Of a DNA stretch of 64,000 nucleotides, positions 28,307 through 40,421 are shown one piece after another (the first letter of the stretch is position 1; each line of letters starts with the position of its first letter). The position numbers were made by a program, and so were the translations under genes. Origin of the DNA: Polyangiales bacterium (lineage in GTDB: Bacteria; Myxococcota_A; Polyangia; Polyangiales; Houyiibacteriaceae); assembly GCA_045106895.1 (NCBI GenBank), contig JBGCFM010000054.1, positions 9,548 through 73,547 of the forward strand. The letters run 5' to 3'. Below the pieces are notes generated by a model. It searched no databases. It saw nothing but the letters and a program-made list of their open reading frames with translations, and was not told the DNA's origin.

Positions 28307-29344
28307 TCACGAGTCCTCGATCACGCGTAGTGCCCAGCGCGCTGCGTCCCGAAGCGCTTCGTCGTCGTCGTTGGTTGCGCTTTGAAGAACCGGAAGGTGT
28401 ATCCGCCTTTTGCTGTTCCCAAGGACGATGGCCGCGTTTCGCGCCATACGATTCCGACCGGGCCGACGCATCGGCGTCCCGATGGCCCACTCGGCGTATT
28501 CCGATGCGCTCATCGAAATGATGTCGGCGGCGCTCCGCTCGGCCCAACGTGGATCCGCCGCGTAGGGTTGCGTTTGATCCATCGGCGGAAGGGAGGTGCG
28601 ATTGTAGGGACACACGTCCTGGCAAGCGTCGCAGCCGAGGAGCCAGTCTCCGACGCCGGCCTTGAGCTCGTCGTCGATGACGCCGTCGTGCTCAATGGTG
28701 AGGTAGGAGATACAGCGCCGTGCGTCGAGCTGTCGGGGCCCAACGAAGGCGTTCGTCGGGCAAGCGTCGAGACAGAGTCGACACTCTCCGCACCGCCGCT
28801 TCATCGGCTCGGTGGCGACGAGGGGCGCGTGGGTGACGAGACACGCAAGGAACAGATGCGAGCCCATTCCCGGGACGATGAGGCAGCTGTTCTTTCCGAT
28901 GAAGCCGATGCCGGCTCGTTCGGCCCACGCGCGCTCAAGAACAGGGCGGGAGTCGACGCTGTGACGCGTCTCGTATCCTTGCTCGCGCAGCCAGCGCTCG
29001 AGCTTGCGCAAGCGTTTGGAGAGCACATTGTGATAGTCGCGACCGCGGGCGTAGCGCGCAATTCGGCCCGGCGTGGGGCCCACGCGTTCCGACGAGCGAG
29101 CGTAGGGCGCAGCCAACACCACAACGCTCAGGGCACCTTCCACCATGCCCGGAGTTGTTGGGTCGATGCGAACATCGGCGGTGTCCTCCAGCCAGCCCAT
29201 CTGTCCGTGGCGACCCGCGGCGAGGTAGGCGCGAAGCTGCTCGCCTTCGGGCTCAAGGGCTTCGGCGCGTGCGACTCCGAATGCAGCGAAGCCGAGCTCA
29301 CCCGCGCGTTGTCGAAGTTGTTGAGTGAGCTCGTCCTGAACCAT
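28307..29344 (-). CDS. queG: tRNA epoxyqueuosine reductase
   Basis: IARYARGRDYH, VDSRPVLER, GFIGKNS, CGECRLCLDACP, RCISYLTIE, GCDACQDVCP. Confidence 0.95.
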   Translation of the reverse strand: MVQDELTQQLRQRAGELGFAAFGVARAEALEPEGEQLRAYLAAGRHGQMGWLEDTADVRIDPTTPGMVEGALSVVVLAAPYARSSERVGPTPGRIARYARGRDYHNVLSKRLRKLERWLREQGYETRHSVDSRPVLERAWAERAGIGFIGKNSCLIVPGMGSHLFLACLVTHAPLVATEPMKRRCGECRLCLDACPTNAFVGPRQLDARRCISYLTIEHDGVIDDELKAGVGDWLLGCDACQDVCPYNRTSLPPMDQTQPYAADPRWAERSAADIISMSASEYAEWAIGTPMRRPGRNRMARNAAIVLGNSKRRIHLPVLQSATNDDDEALRDAARWALRVIEDS

Positions 29345-29567
29345 TCGCTTATCCCAGCAAGGTGGCGTAGCGGAAGCCCATACGCCATTCAAGCGTGAGC
29401 GCTGGTCCTGGCATCTGCCGGCGGCGACGAGCGGCGGCGGCGAGCGGCAGCGACACATTCACGAGCTCCCGGCGCAAAAGCGCTGGGCATTACACGTGGA
29501 AACTCTCTTCATTTCCTGGAGGCCGCGCAAAACGACATTCTTCGCGCAGATGGTTTAGACTGCCCGT

Positions 29568-30422
29568 ATGACGGACTCTTGGCTTCGCCCCGAGCTGGTG
29601 CTGGCTTTCTTAGTATGTGCGCTGCCTCTAACGGCTTGTGGCGATGATGAGCGGACCGGGATCGATGGCGCCACGCCGGACACACCTGCGGAAAGCGACG
29701 TGGGCGCGGAAGATAGCGGCTCCTGCACCGGGGATCCGGATTGCGATGACGGCTTTGCGTGCACCATCGACTCGTGCGGAGTCGGCGGCGTCTGCCGGCA
29801 TGATGCTCTGGATGAACGTTGCGACGCCGGGGAAACCTGCACCATCGGGAGTGGCTGCAGCGCTGGCTGTTCCGAAGACGTGGACTGTCAGAACGGTAGC
29901 TACTGCGATGGTGAAGAGCGGTGCATCAGCGGTTCGTGTTTTCCCGCACAGCGCGCCATCGATTGCGACGACGGCAACGAATGCACAGACGATATGTGCT
30001 CCGACGCGGTTTCTGGCTGTCAGTACTCACCCGCAGCGGGCTGCGACGCCGGCGTGGCGACAGGCGACGGTGGGACCCCGGCTGGACCGTTTGACCCCTC
30101 GATGCATTACGCCGGAAGCTTCCTCGTCGCACCTGCACCAAGTCTAGGGTGTCCGCCGGCGAGCTACGCGATTGGTAGTCTGACGTTCCGCGTCGTGGAC
30201 GACACCCTTGAAATTATGGCGGGTCGTTTTCGACTGACCCAAACTCCGGTCCCGACGGGCCCAGCGTTCAACGCAACATCGACAGCAGACAGCCAATGCT
30301 CGTCTGTGAGCCTTGCGGGCACCTTCTCAAACTCGGACCAGCTTAGCGCCCAGTGGAACGCCACCTGCGGCGCCATTTGCGGGAGCCAGAGCAATGACAT
30401 CGTGGGAGAGCGAAATGACTGA
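29568..30422 (+). CDS. Cys-rich lipoprotein with CDDGxxCTxDxC (Dictyostelium CTDC-like) repeats
   Basis: Lipobox LTACGDD; repeats CDDGFACTIDSC and CDDGNECTDDMC. Confidence 0.8.
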   Translation: MTDSWLRPELVLAFLVCALPLTACGDDERTGIDGATPDTPAESDVGAEDSGSCTGDPDCDDGFACTIDSCGVGGVCRHDALDERCDAGETCTIGSGCSAGCSEDVDCQNGSYCDGEERCISGSCFPAQRAIDCDDGNECTDDMCSDAVSGCQYSPAAGCDAGVATGDGGTPAGPFDPSMHYAGSFLVAPAPSLGCPPASYAIGSLTFRVVDDTLEIMAGRFRLTQTPVPTGPAFNATSTADSQCSSVSLAGTFSNSDQLSAQWNATCGAICGSQSNDIVGERND

Positions 30423-31584
30423 GTGGTTGAAGTACGTGAGCGTAGCTTGTGTGATGCTCGCCGCCTGCGGCGACGATGATGGGCGCGGCGATGCGGGTGG
30501 AGGAGCGGACTCCGCGGCGAGTTGTTCCACGGACACCGAGTGTGACGACGGCTTCGACTGCACCCTCGATTCCTGCGGCGTCGGCGGAGTGTGCTCATAC
30601 GTGGGTATCGACGAGCGGTGCGATGGCGAAGAGGTCTGCGCGGTCGGGCGTGGCTGCGTCGACGAGGCAAGCTGCACCGCCGATGGCGAATGCGACGATG
30701 GCTTTGAGTGCACTCTCGATCGATGTGGGGTTGGGGGCATTTGTGCCTTCACGCCTGTCAACGAACGCTGTGAGGGCCCCGGCGCCACCTGCGACCCCGC
30801 CACCGGCATGGCCGGCAGTGGCTGCACGGAAGCCACCGGCTGTACGATGGACGAGCAGTGCGATGACGGACATGACTGCACGCTGGACTCCTGCGGCGTG
30901 GACAACGTGTGCGCCTTCACGCCCGTCAACGAGCGCTGCGAGGCGGGGGAGACGTGCACCGCCAGCGGGTGTTTTGCGTCGATGCCCTGTACGATCGACG
31001 AAGAGTGCGACGACGGAGACTTCTGCAACGGCACGGAGATTTGCAACGCTGAGTTCGGTTGTCAGCCAGCCTTGGCGCCTCGCGAGTGCAATGATTCAGA
31101 CGCATGCACCATCGACTCGTGCAGCACGGAGCGGAACGCATGCGTGTTCGCGTGCGATTCATCGATGGAGGCATGTATGTGTCCTGCCGGAGAGACACCC
31201 TGTGATGGAATCTTCGATATCACGCCAGCGCCCACCCAGATGTGCGCCTCTCTGATCCCTCCTGCGCAGGTAGACTACAACGTGAGCGAGGTGGAGTTCG
31301 CGTGCATCGGCGCGCTCCTGAGCGTCGACGGACGAAACATCCCCACGCTGATGGGCAACACACCGATGACTCAGTCTCCACGGCCCACCGACGACACGTT
31401 CGCGGTGGTGACTGAAGTCGGCGGCGGTTGCGTTGAGACGTATCGTCTCGAAGGTCGCTTCATCGACGCAGACAACTTCGAGGGCACTTGGTCGGCGTCT
31501 TACACAAAGACTTCGGGCCTCCCCGAATGTACGCTCAGTGGGTGCGCTAACCAGTCGATTCCAGTGACTGGGGTACGGCGTTAG
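30415..31584 (+). CDS. Cys-rich lipoprotein, tandem paralog of the upstream gene
   Basis: Lipobox LAACGDD; three ~40-aa CDDG..CTLD.CGV repeats; C-terminal domain shares TQxPxPT and LxGxF..W motifs with the upstream gene; 8-nt overlap. Confidence 0.8.
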   Translation: MTEWLKYVSVACVMLAACGDDDGRGDAGGGADSAASCSTDTECDDGFDCTLDSCGVGGVCSYVGIDERCDGEEVCAVGRGCVDEASCTADGECDDGFECTLDRCGVGGICAFTPVNERCEGPGATCDPATGMAGSGCTEATGCTMDEQCDDGHDCTLDSCGVDNVCAFTPVNERCEAGETCTASGCFASMPCTIDEECDDGDFCNGTEICNAEFGCQPALAPRECNDSDACTIDSCSTERNACVFACDSSMEACMCPAGETPCDGIFDITPAPTQMCASLIPPAQVDYNVSEVEFACIGALLSVDGRNIPTLMGNTPMTQSPRPTDDTFAVVTEVGGGCVETYRLEGRFIDADNFEGTWSASYTKTSGLPECTLSGCANQSIPVTGVRR

Positions 31585-31611
31585 GCGGCACGCCTTTCGA
31601 ATGGCGCAGAG

Positions 31612-31644
31612 CTTGGTTGTCGTGCCCAAGGTGCGACAAACAAG
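31612..31644 (+). terminator. Hairpin, possible terminator of the Cys-rich pair
   Basis: CTTGGTTGTCGTGCC-CAA-GGTGCGACAAACAAG; no clear U-tract. Confidence 0.4.
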
Positions 31645-31859
31645 GCTCAGCAGCGTCTGGAGAGAGACTGTCCTGGCTCAAGTAGGCCGTGTGGTGGGGG
31701 CGAACGAGCCATCACGCGCCTACATGTAGTCAGCCGGGCCTTCCACGTTCCGTCGTCGTGCGCCGAAGACGCTTGCAAAACCCCCGAATTCAGGCGAAAC
31801 CGCGTGCTGAGCGCGACGAACGCGCCACGCCCGGCGGCTCGCTGGGCCACAGACTTTAG

Positions 31860-34088
<2,229 letters not shown>

Positions 34089-34109
34089 GCAGACCAAACG
34101 GGGGGAGCC

Positions 34110-34949
34110 ATGGAGACGCACTACAGGGCGCCAAATACGGTGAGCCCGCTGGGCATCGTGCTCGGCGGAGTCGCCGTTCTGGTGGGTGGGCTGCTTTTTG
34201 CGCCCATCTACAGCTACGCGATCGTCTACATCCCCTTCGTCTACATTAACCTGATTCTGACGGGGCTCTTTGGCCTCGGCGTTGGCATGATGATCGCCGG
34301 CGCACTTCGAGTTGGGCACACGCACAACAAGGGCGTCAGCTACGGGCTCATTGGGGCAGGGTTGCTCTTTGCCTACTGGATGCACTGGGCGTGGTGGTTT
34401 AGCGGGCTGGCCTTCAGCGCGGACTTCGATGATTTCTCGGTCCTCTTGGTGCTCTTCCCGGGCGCCCTTATCGAATCCGTCGCTTCGGTCTACGAGGTCG
34501 GCACCTGGGGCATGGGTTCCTCGGGGGATGCTGTTACGGGTGTCTTCCTCGCATTGATCTGGCTAGCAGAGGCCGTGATCTTCTTTGGCGCCGGTCTCTT
34601 CGGCGGAGCGATGCTCGTCGGCTCTGGAACGTACTGTTCACGTTGCCAAGCCTGGTGCACGGAGATGCCAGCGACGCGCCTCCAGGCGGACATGTCTGGC
34701 GACTTGGCCAATCAAGTGGACCGTCAAAACTGGGCGGTACTCCTGCGGCCTGCGCCCTCCGACGGGAGTACTACCTGGCATGAAGCGCACATTCACCGTT
34801 GCGAAGGATGCGGCGAGACCAACACCGTGACGCTCAAAGACATCACCGTTTCTCACGATAAAAAGGGCAACGAGCAGAAGAACGAGAAAGTCACCGTGGA
34901 CCGTGTCTACATCACAGGCGCGGACCTCAACACGCTCTTGAACTCCTAG
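34110..34949 (+). CDS. Membrane protein with C-terminal CxxC...CxxC zinc-ribbon-like domain
   Basis: GGGAG RBS; 4-5 hydrophobic helices; YCSRCQAW and RCEGCG. Confidence 0.7.
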   Translation: METHYRAPNTVSPLGIVLGGVAVLVGGLLFAPIYSYAIVYIPFVYINLILTGLFGLGVGMMIAGALRVGHTHNKGVSYGLIGAGLLFAYWMHWAWWFSGLAFSADFDDFSVLLVLFPGALIESVASVYEVGTWGMGSSGDAVTGVFLALIWLAEAVIFFGAGLFGGAMLVGSGTYCSRCQAWCTEMPATRLQADMSGDLANQVDRQNWAVLLRPAPSDGSTTWHEAHIHRCEGCGETNTVTLKDITVSHDKKGNEQKNEKVTVDRVYITGADLNTLLNS

Positions 34950-34961
34950 CCAGGGTGTCGG

Positions 34962-36620
34962 CTAGCGCGGAGCTCGCGGTGCCCGTGGAATTCGAGGGCG
35001 TCGCGGTTGTGGTGCTCCTTCGGTGTTCGGCGCTGATGTCTCGTCGTCGTCTTCGCCTCCGTCGCCGCTACCGCGACCTTCCGCGTAGTCGGGGAGCGCA
35101 CTGCTTGGGACCACCGAATCCATCTGCAGTCCGCCAAGGGCGTCTTGCCCGCTTGGCGCGGGGCCCGGAGCGTTGTCGAGGATGAACGGTCGCGCGTTTT
35201 CGCCATGACAGAAGGGCTCGTTCCGCATGAACGTCCAGTGCACATACACCTGCCCGTCGCCGCTCTTGATGGCGTCGGGGGGTGCGGGGAAGGGCGTCGC
35301 GCGTTTAACGGCGTTGAAGGCCGCGAAGTCGTAGGGCAGGACGCCGCTGGAGTTCACCACGCCGATGCGCGTGATGCCGCCATCCGCGCCGAACACGATC
35401 TCGAGTTTCACAGCGAGGCTCAAGTCGCTCATGGGACCCGTCGTCGAAGCGTTGTCGACAAACTGGTGGAAGGTGATGTGAATTCGCCGATGCAGAGCCG
35501 CGAGGTACTCGGCGAAGGGTGACGCGCGGGCGTTGAGGGCCGTTTGATTGCCAGAACGCACGCCCGGTACGAAGTTCTCGATGGCCGCACGGAACTCAGT
35601 CCACTCACGCTCGCGGCGACCGTTCCCGCGCTGCCGCGTGAGGCGCGACTGGGCGTACTCTTCGCGCTCCTGGCGCAGCTGCTCCTCGCCAAAGATGCCT
35701 TCGAACTGCCGCCACCCAATGCGCAGGTTCGGGCCCTCACGTTCGGCGTTCCCGTTGCCGCGGCGGGCTCCGTTGCGCCCTTCACGTCCGCGGACGCTAT
35801 CGCCGCCGCGCTCACCGCCGCCGGTGCCGCGTTGAACAGGACGACGGATCACGAAGGTTCCATGACCGTCGTTGATGGTGATGAGCTCCGTCTCCGGCTC
35901 GCCGCCCTCTTGGGCGTTCTGTTCTTGGACTCGCTGCGCTCGTTCGCCCATTCGCTCCGGGGCAGCTTGCGTCTCCTGCGCCTCTTCAGGCTCAAGGGCC
36001 GGCATCAGGTCGTCGGGGCCGTCTTCGTTCTCGGTTTCGCGAAACTCCTCTTCCGCCGAGTTGCCGAGTTCTTCGTCCGTCGAAGGGTCGAGCTGCGCGC
36101 CGATGCTCAGCTCCTCTTGGGAGTCTTCGACCATATTCGTGACCTCTGCCTGGGTCTCTTCTTCGACGCGGTTGTTCTCACGCGCGATGAACTGAGTCTC
36201 TTCGGGTGGCGCAACGCTCGGGTCCTGGCTGTGCTGCTGTACGGGGATCGGGTTGACCTCCATGGCCACCGGCGGTCGCGTTTGAACCTCGGGTTCTGGC
36301 TCCGGTTCGGGTTCTGGCTCCGGCGCGAGGGGCGCGGACGTCTCGTCGTCTTGCTCGCTCTCGTTTTCGGAGCGCTCTCGTTGTGGCTCTCCTTCTTCGA
36401 CGGGTTCGACAGGTTCGATGTCCGGCTGCGCTTCCTCGATGGTGATGGGCTCCATCTCGATGAAATCGATCTCGTCGGAGGCGCTCGCGACGGCAGGTTC
36501 TTCCCACTCGAGGCTCTTGGCGAGCTGACCGAGCACGCCCCAAACGGGCAAGTGGACGCTGAGGCTCGCGAGGACGGCCACCCCAAAGACCGTACCTGCT
36601 GATAAGCGACGTCCCATCAT
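34962..36620 (-). CDS. TonB-family energy transducer-like protein
   Basis: N-terminal TM with SLSVH (SxxxH); PE-repeat acidic linker; C-terminal SSGVLPYDFAAFNAVKRATPFPAPP. Confidence 0.82.
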   Translation of the reverse strand: MMGRRLSAGTVFGVAVLASLSVHLPVWGVLGQLAKSLEWEEPAVASASDEIDFIEMEPITIEEAQPDIEPVEPVEEGEPQRERSENESEQDDETSAPLAPEPEPEPEPEPEVQTRPPVAMEVNPIPVQQHSQDPSVAPPEETQFIARENNRVEEETQAEVTNMVEDSQEELSIGAQLDPSTDEELGNSAEEEFRETENEDGPDDLMPALEPEEAQETQAAPERMGERAQRVQEQNAQEGGEPETELITINDGHGTFVIRRPVQRGTGGGERGGDSVRGREGRNGARRGNGNAEREGPNLRIGWRQFEGIFGEEQLRQEREEYAQSRLTRQRGNGRREREWTEFRAAIENFVPGVRSGNQTALNARASPFAEYLAALHRRIHITFHQFVDNASTTGPMSDLSLAVKLEIVFGADGGITRIGVVNSSGVLPYDFAAFNAVKRATPFPAPPDAIKSGDGQVYVHWTFMRNEPFCHGENARPFILDNAPGPAPSGQDALGGLQMDSVVPSSALPDYAEGRGSGDGGEDDDETSAPNTEGAPQPRRPRIPRAPRAPR

Positions 36621-36775
36621 GGATAGAACCCTAAGCTAGGGCTCCTATTTCCACCGCGCCAACCGGCGCGAAGAAAGAAGGCAGATATGCCGCATTTCGG
36701 GGCTTAGGACACGCCGCTGCGAGCTCCGTGTCTAGTCTGGTGGCGCGGTGGGGTGTCAAATGGCAGTGTCCCGCC

Positions 36776-37633
36776 ATGACGAGTACCCAGGCAGAAATCG
36801 AGGTCTCCTACGACGTCAGCAATGAATTCTTCAAGCTTTGGCTCGACGAATACATGCATTACACGTCCGCCAGTTTCATCACCGGTGACGAGACCCTTGA
36901 GCAGGCACAGCTTCAAAAGTGCAAGATCCTCGCGGACTACGCAGAGGTCACCCCCGACAGCTTTGTCCTCGACATCGGCTGCGGCTGGGGGGCGAACCTC
37001 GAATACCTTGTTCGCCACCGCGACGTGAAGCGGGCGCACGGGATCACGCTCTCCACCGCCCAGTGCGACTGGATTCACGAAGACAAGAAGCTTCCCGGCG
37101 TCAAAGCGATCGTCTGTGACTACGCCAAGTACGAGCCGGAAGAGAAATATGACGGCCTCATCTCCATCGAGATGATCGACCATCTCTGCTCCCCGGAGCA
37201 GTCCCGCAAGGGCATGGCCATCGAGCTCTACCGCAAGTACTTCACGAAGGTCGCCGACTGGGTGAAGCCCGGCGCATGTTTTGGTTTTCAGGCGATTCTC
37301 CGAAATCGCATGCCCCGCACGCGCAAGGACCTTCAGGACCTGGCGTTCACGGCGGATGTGATCTTTCCCGGCGGCCTCAACCCTCGCCTTGAGGAACTCA
37401 CGGCGGCGGTGAACCCACGCTGGGAGATCCTTGAGATGCGCACGCAACGAACTTGCTATGGCAAGACGACGGGCGAGTGGCTTCGCCGTATGCGCGGTCA
37501 CGAGGCCTTCATCCGCGACAAGTGGGGCGACCAGCTCTTCGACGAATATGAACGCTACCTGGACACCTGTGTTCGAGCCTTCGACGCACACTGGTCCAGC
37601 GATGTTCAGATGAAGCTGCGCCGCATCGACTGA
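36776..37633 (+). CDS. Cyclopropane-fatty-acyl/mycolic acid synthase family SAM methyltransferase (short form)
   Basis: YDVSNEFFKLWLD, LEQAQLQK, LDIGCGWG, GITLS, IFPGG. Confidence 0.88.
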   Translation: MTSTQAEIEVSYDVSNEFFKLWLDEYMHYTSASFITGDETLEQAQLQKCKILADYAEVTPDSFVLDIGCGWGANLEYLVRHRDVKRAHGITLSTAQCDWIHEDKKLPGVKAIVCDYAKYEPEEKYDGLISIEMIDHLCSPEQSRKGMAIELYRKYFTKVADWVKPGACFGFQAILRNRMPRTRKDLQDLAFTADVIFPGGLNPRLEELTAAVNPRWEILEMRTQRTCYGKTTGEWLRRMRGHEAFIRDKWGDQLFDEYERYLDTCVRAFDAHWSSDVQMKLRRID

Positions 37634-37829
37634 GCCGGCAGCGCTGTTGGACGGCTGGTCGGACCGATGCGTCCTCGACGCACGAAACGCGGCGGTCGTC
37701 GCATCCGTCGCGTGGCAGCCGCATCCGAGGCCAGCGCGCGTGCGCAAGCCAGCTCCACCGGAGCTAAAAGCGCGGGAAATGCCGTCAATAATGGTCATCT
37801 GAGCGCAGATCTGTGCCAGGATTCCCGAG

Positions 37830-39077
37830 GTGGAAGGTTCGAAGACACTGGCCCCGGGTACTCTCCTTGGCAGCCGCTACGAGCTTATTCGCGCCATCGG
37901 CGAAGGGTCGATGGGCGCTGTCTATGAGGCCGTTCAGGTGGGAATCGGACGCCGCGTCGCCCTAAAGACCGTGAAGGCGGGCAGCCACCAACAAGCGCGA
38001 CGTTTGGCGCGGGAAGCACAGGCGGCGGGTGCGCTGAACCACCCGAACATCGTTCAGGTTAACGACGTCCACATCGACACCAGTGGCGTGAGTTTTTTGG
38101 TGATGGAGCTCCTCGAGGGTCAGAGCGTCGAGGCCATCGCAGCCGAGGGGCGGATGGAGCCTGCACGCGTGGTCCGAATGGTCCGCCAGGTGCTCGATGC
38201 GTTGCAGTGCGCGCACCAAGCCAACATCGTCCACCGCGACCTGAAGCCGGCCAACCTCTTCGTGACGAAGACCGGGACGCTGGGCGAGGTCGTCAAGGTG
38301 CTCGACTTTGGCGTCGCGAAGCTTGAGGCCCGTTACACGCAGCTGACGGAAGCGGGCAACATCGTTGGGACGCCGCTCTACATGGCGCCGGAGCAGATTC
38401 GTGGCGGCATTGTCAGCGGAGCGACGGACCTGTGGAGTGTTGGGGTCCTGCTTCACGAGCTCTTGGCGGGTCACCCGCCTTTCTCTGCGGGTTCCTGGCA
38501 GGATCTGCTTGGCGTCATCCTGAAGGAGGCGCCCGTTCCGCTCGAGAAGGCGCGGCCGGGTCTGCCGGCGCCGCTCTACTCGGCGGTGCGCCGTGCTCTT
38601 GAGAAGGCCACCGCGGACCGTTTGTCGACGGCGGATGAAATGGACCGTCTGCTCCAGGCGGCGGAGACGCAGCTCGGAGTGAAGTCTCGTCCTGCTTTGA
38701 AGGCGATCACGTCGCCCACCCAACCGCGAAGAACGGCGGTTCAGGGCGGGAGTCCGAAATCCACCGAGCGAATCGGGTCTCTGAATGAAGACCTCGCGGA
38801 ACTCCACGTGCACCAGCCGAAGGTCCAGTCGGGGGAGCCGCTGGCCCCTTCGCCGCTGGACCTGCGCAACCTGCTCTCAACGGGAGAGAAGGGCGTCCTC
38901 ACTCACGGGGAAGCGGAAGACCCGGACGCCACGATGGATGCTGTCCACACTGCTCAAACGGCGCGCGTCGAGCAGACAGGAGGACTTCCTCCTCCTCCGC
39001 GGTGGCTTTTCGTAGCCCTCGGCGTCGGATTCGTCGGTGTCCTCGTCGGGTTGATGTTGCTCTTCCTTCTTGTCTGA
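37830..39077 (+). CDS. Ser/Thr protein kinase with C-terminal TM anchor
   Basis: GEGSMGAV, VALK, HRDLKPAN, DFG, GTPLYMAPE. Confidence 0.93.
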   Translation: MEGSKTLAPGTLLGSRYELIRAIGEGSMGAVYEAVQVGIGRRVALKTVKAGSHQQARRLAREAQAAGALNHPNIVQVNDVHIDTSGVSFLVMELLEGQSVEAIAAEGRMEPARVVRMVRQVLDALQCAHQANIVHRDLKPANLFVTKTGTLGEVVKVLDFGVAKLEARYTQLTEAGNIVGTPLYMAPEQIRGGIVSGATDLWSVGVLLHELLAGHPPFSAGSWQDLLGVILKEAPVPLEKARPGLPAPLYSAVRRALEKATADRLSTADEMDRLLQAAETQLGVKSRPALKAITSPTQPRRTAVQGGSPKSTERIGSLNEDLAELHVHQPKVQSGEPLAPSPLDLRNLLSTGEKGVLTHGEAEDPDATMDAVHTAQTARVEQTGGLPPPPRWLFVALGVGFVGVLVGLMLLFLLV

Positions 39078-39098
39078 ATCTCAGCGTCCGCGAGCTTG

Positions 39099-40334
39099 CT
39101 AGGCGGCGTCTTCGCGGAAGAGCTTCCCTCGTTCGGTGATGGCCACGATCACCAGGGTCACAACGCCAATGGCGAGAAATCCCAGGAGCAAGGGGGTCGT
39201 CGTCCCGTCGTACTGGCGTCCAATGAAGCCACCGATGAGCGCCGAAATCGTGGTGGTGGCAAACCCGTAGGCGGCGGAAGCGCTCCCGGCGGCGGACCCT
39301 TGGGCCTGCATCGCGATGGCGTTGAAGTTGGCGCCGATGAGCCCGAAGAAACCAAAGGTCAGGGCGAAGAGCGGGTAGAACACCACGAAGCTCGACGTGA
39401 ACTGCGTCACGGTGAGGAGCAGCGAAACGACGGTACAGAAGATGAACAGCGCGGCGTGGCTGAGCCGGCGCATACCGAAACGCATGACCAGTCGGGAGTT
39501 GGCGAAGTTCACGACGCTCAGTGCGATGGCGACGCCGGCGAACCAGTAAGCGAAGGTGTCGCCGAGGCCGAAGACCTCGCGAAATATCTGCTCCGCCGAT
39601 GAGAGGAACGCGAAGAGTGCGCCAAAGAAAACACCGCCGCCGAGCATATAGCCCAGCGTCGCCCGCTGCTGAAAGACGCCGCGGTACGCCTCAAATGCGC
39701 TCCGCAGGCTCAGGTTTCGGCGCTTCTCCGGGGGCAGCGATTCCTCAAGGCGGAGGAAGCTCCAAACGAAGAGAATCGCGCCGGCGATGCTCAGAAAGAA
39801 GAAGCAAGCGCGCCAGCCGGCGGCGCTCGTAATGGCCTGGCCAAGGGCTGGCGCGAGGATGGGCACGACCATGAACACCGTGAGGATGAGGGACATGGTC
39901 CGCGCCATGGGAGCACCGGCGTAGCGGTCACGGACGACGGCGATGGCCACGACGCGGCAACCCGCGGCAAAGACGCCCTGAGTAAAGCGCAGCGCGAGCA
40001 GGACCGTGAAGTGAGGTGCGTAGGCGCAGGCTGAACCCGTCAAGATGTAGCCAACGAGCGACACGAAGAGGACCGGGCGTCGTCCGAAGCGGTCCGCGAT
40101 GGGACCGAAGATCATCTGCGGGGCACCGAAGCCGAGCACGTAGGTGATGACGACGAGCTGCTGGTCGTTTGGGTCCGTGAGGTTAAGGTCGCTCGCGATG
40201 AGCCCGAGAGAGGGGAGCATGATGTCGATGGCGAGGGCGTTGAGCGCCAAAAAGGAGGCCAACATGACCACCATCTCCCACGTCGGCGAGGCCGTCTTGT
40301 CCTCTGCTGCTCCAGCCACGCTCGGGGTAGTCAT
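39099..40334 (-). CDS. Bcr/CflA-family MFS drug efflux transporter
   Basis: AIDIMLP, GPIADRFGRRP, PILAPALG; 12 TM. Confidence 0.92.
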   Translation of the reverse strand: MTTPSVAGAAEDKTASPTWEMVVMLASFLALNALAIDIMLPSLGLIASDLNLTDPNDQQLVVITYVLGFGAPQMIFGPIADRFGRRPVLFVSLVGYILTGSACAYAPHFTVLLALRFTQGVFAAGCRVVAIAVVRDRYAGAPMARTMSLILTVFMVVPILAPALGQAITSAAGWRACFFFLSIAGAILFVWSFLRLEESLPPEKRRNLSLRSAFEAYRGVFQQRATLGYMLGGGVFFGALFAFLSSAEQIFREVFGLGDTFAYWFAGVAIALSVVNFANSRLVMRFGMRRLSHAALFIFCTVVSLLLTVTQFTSSFVVFYPLFALTFGFFGLIGANFNAIAMQAQGSAAGSASAAYGFATTTISALIGGFIGRQYDGTTTPLLLGFLAIGVVTLVIVAITERGKLFREDAA

Positions 40335-40421
40335 CCGCTCAGTGCTTTGGGGCAAGGGCGGGCCAAGCGCCAGGCAGCGGCTTCAAGTTGACGCTGGGCG
40401 AGGCCGTTGGTACGCCGCGAC

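Noticed and set aside
29345..29567. Hairpins upstream of queG as a preQ1 or cobalamin riboswitch
   Set aside because: No conserved riboswitch core motifs on the coding strand; only short GC-rich stems.
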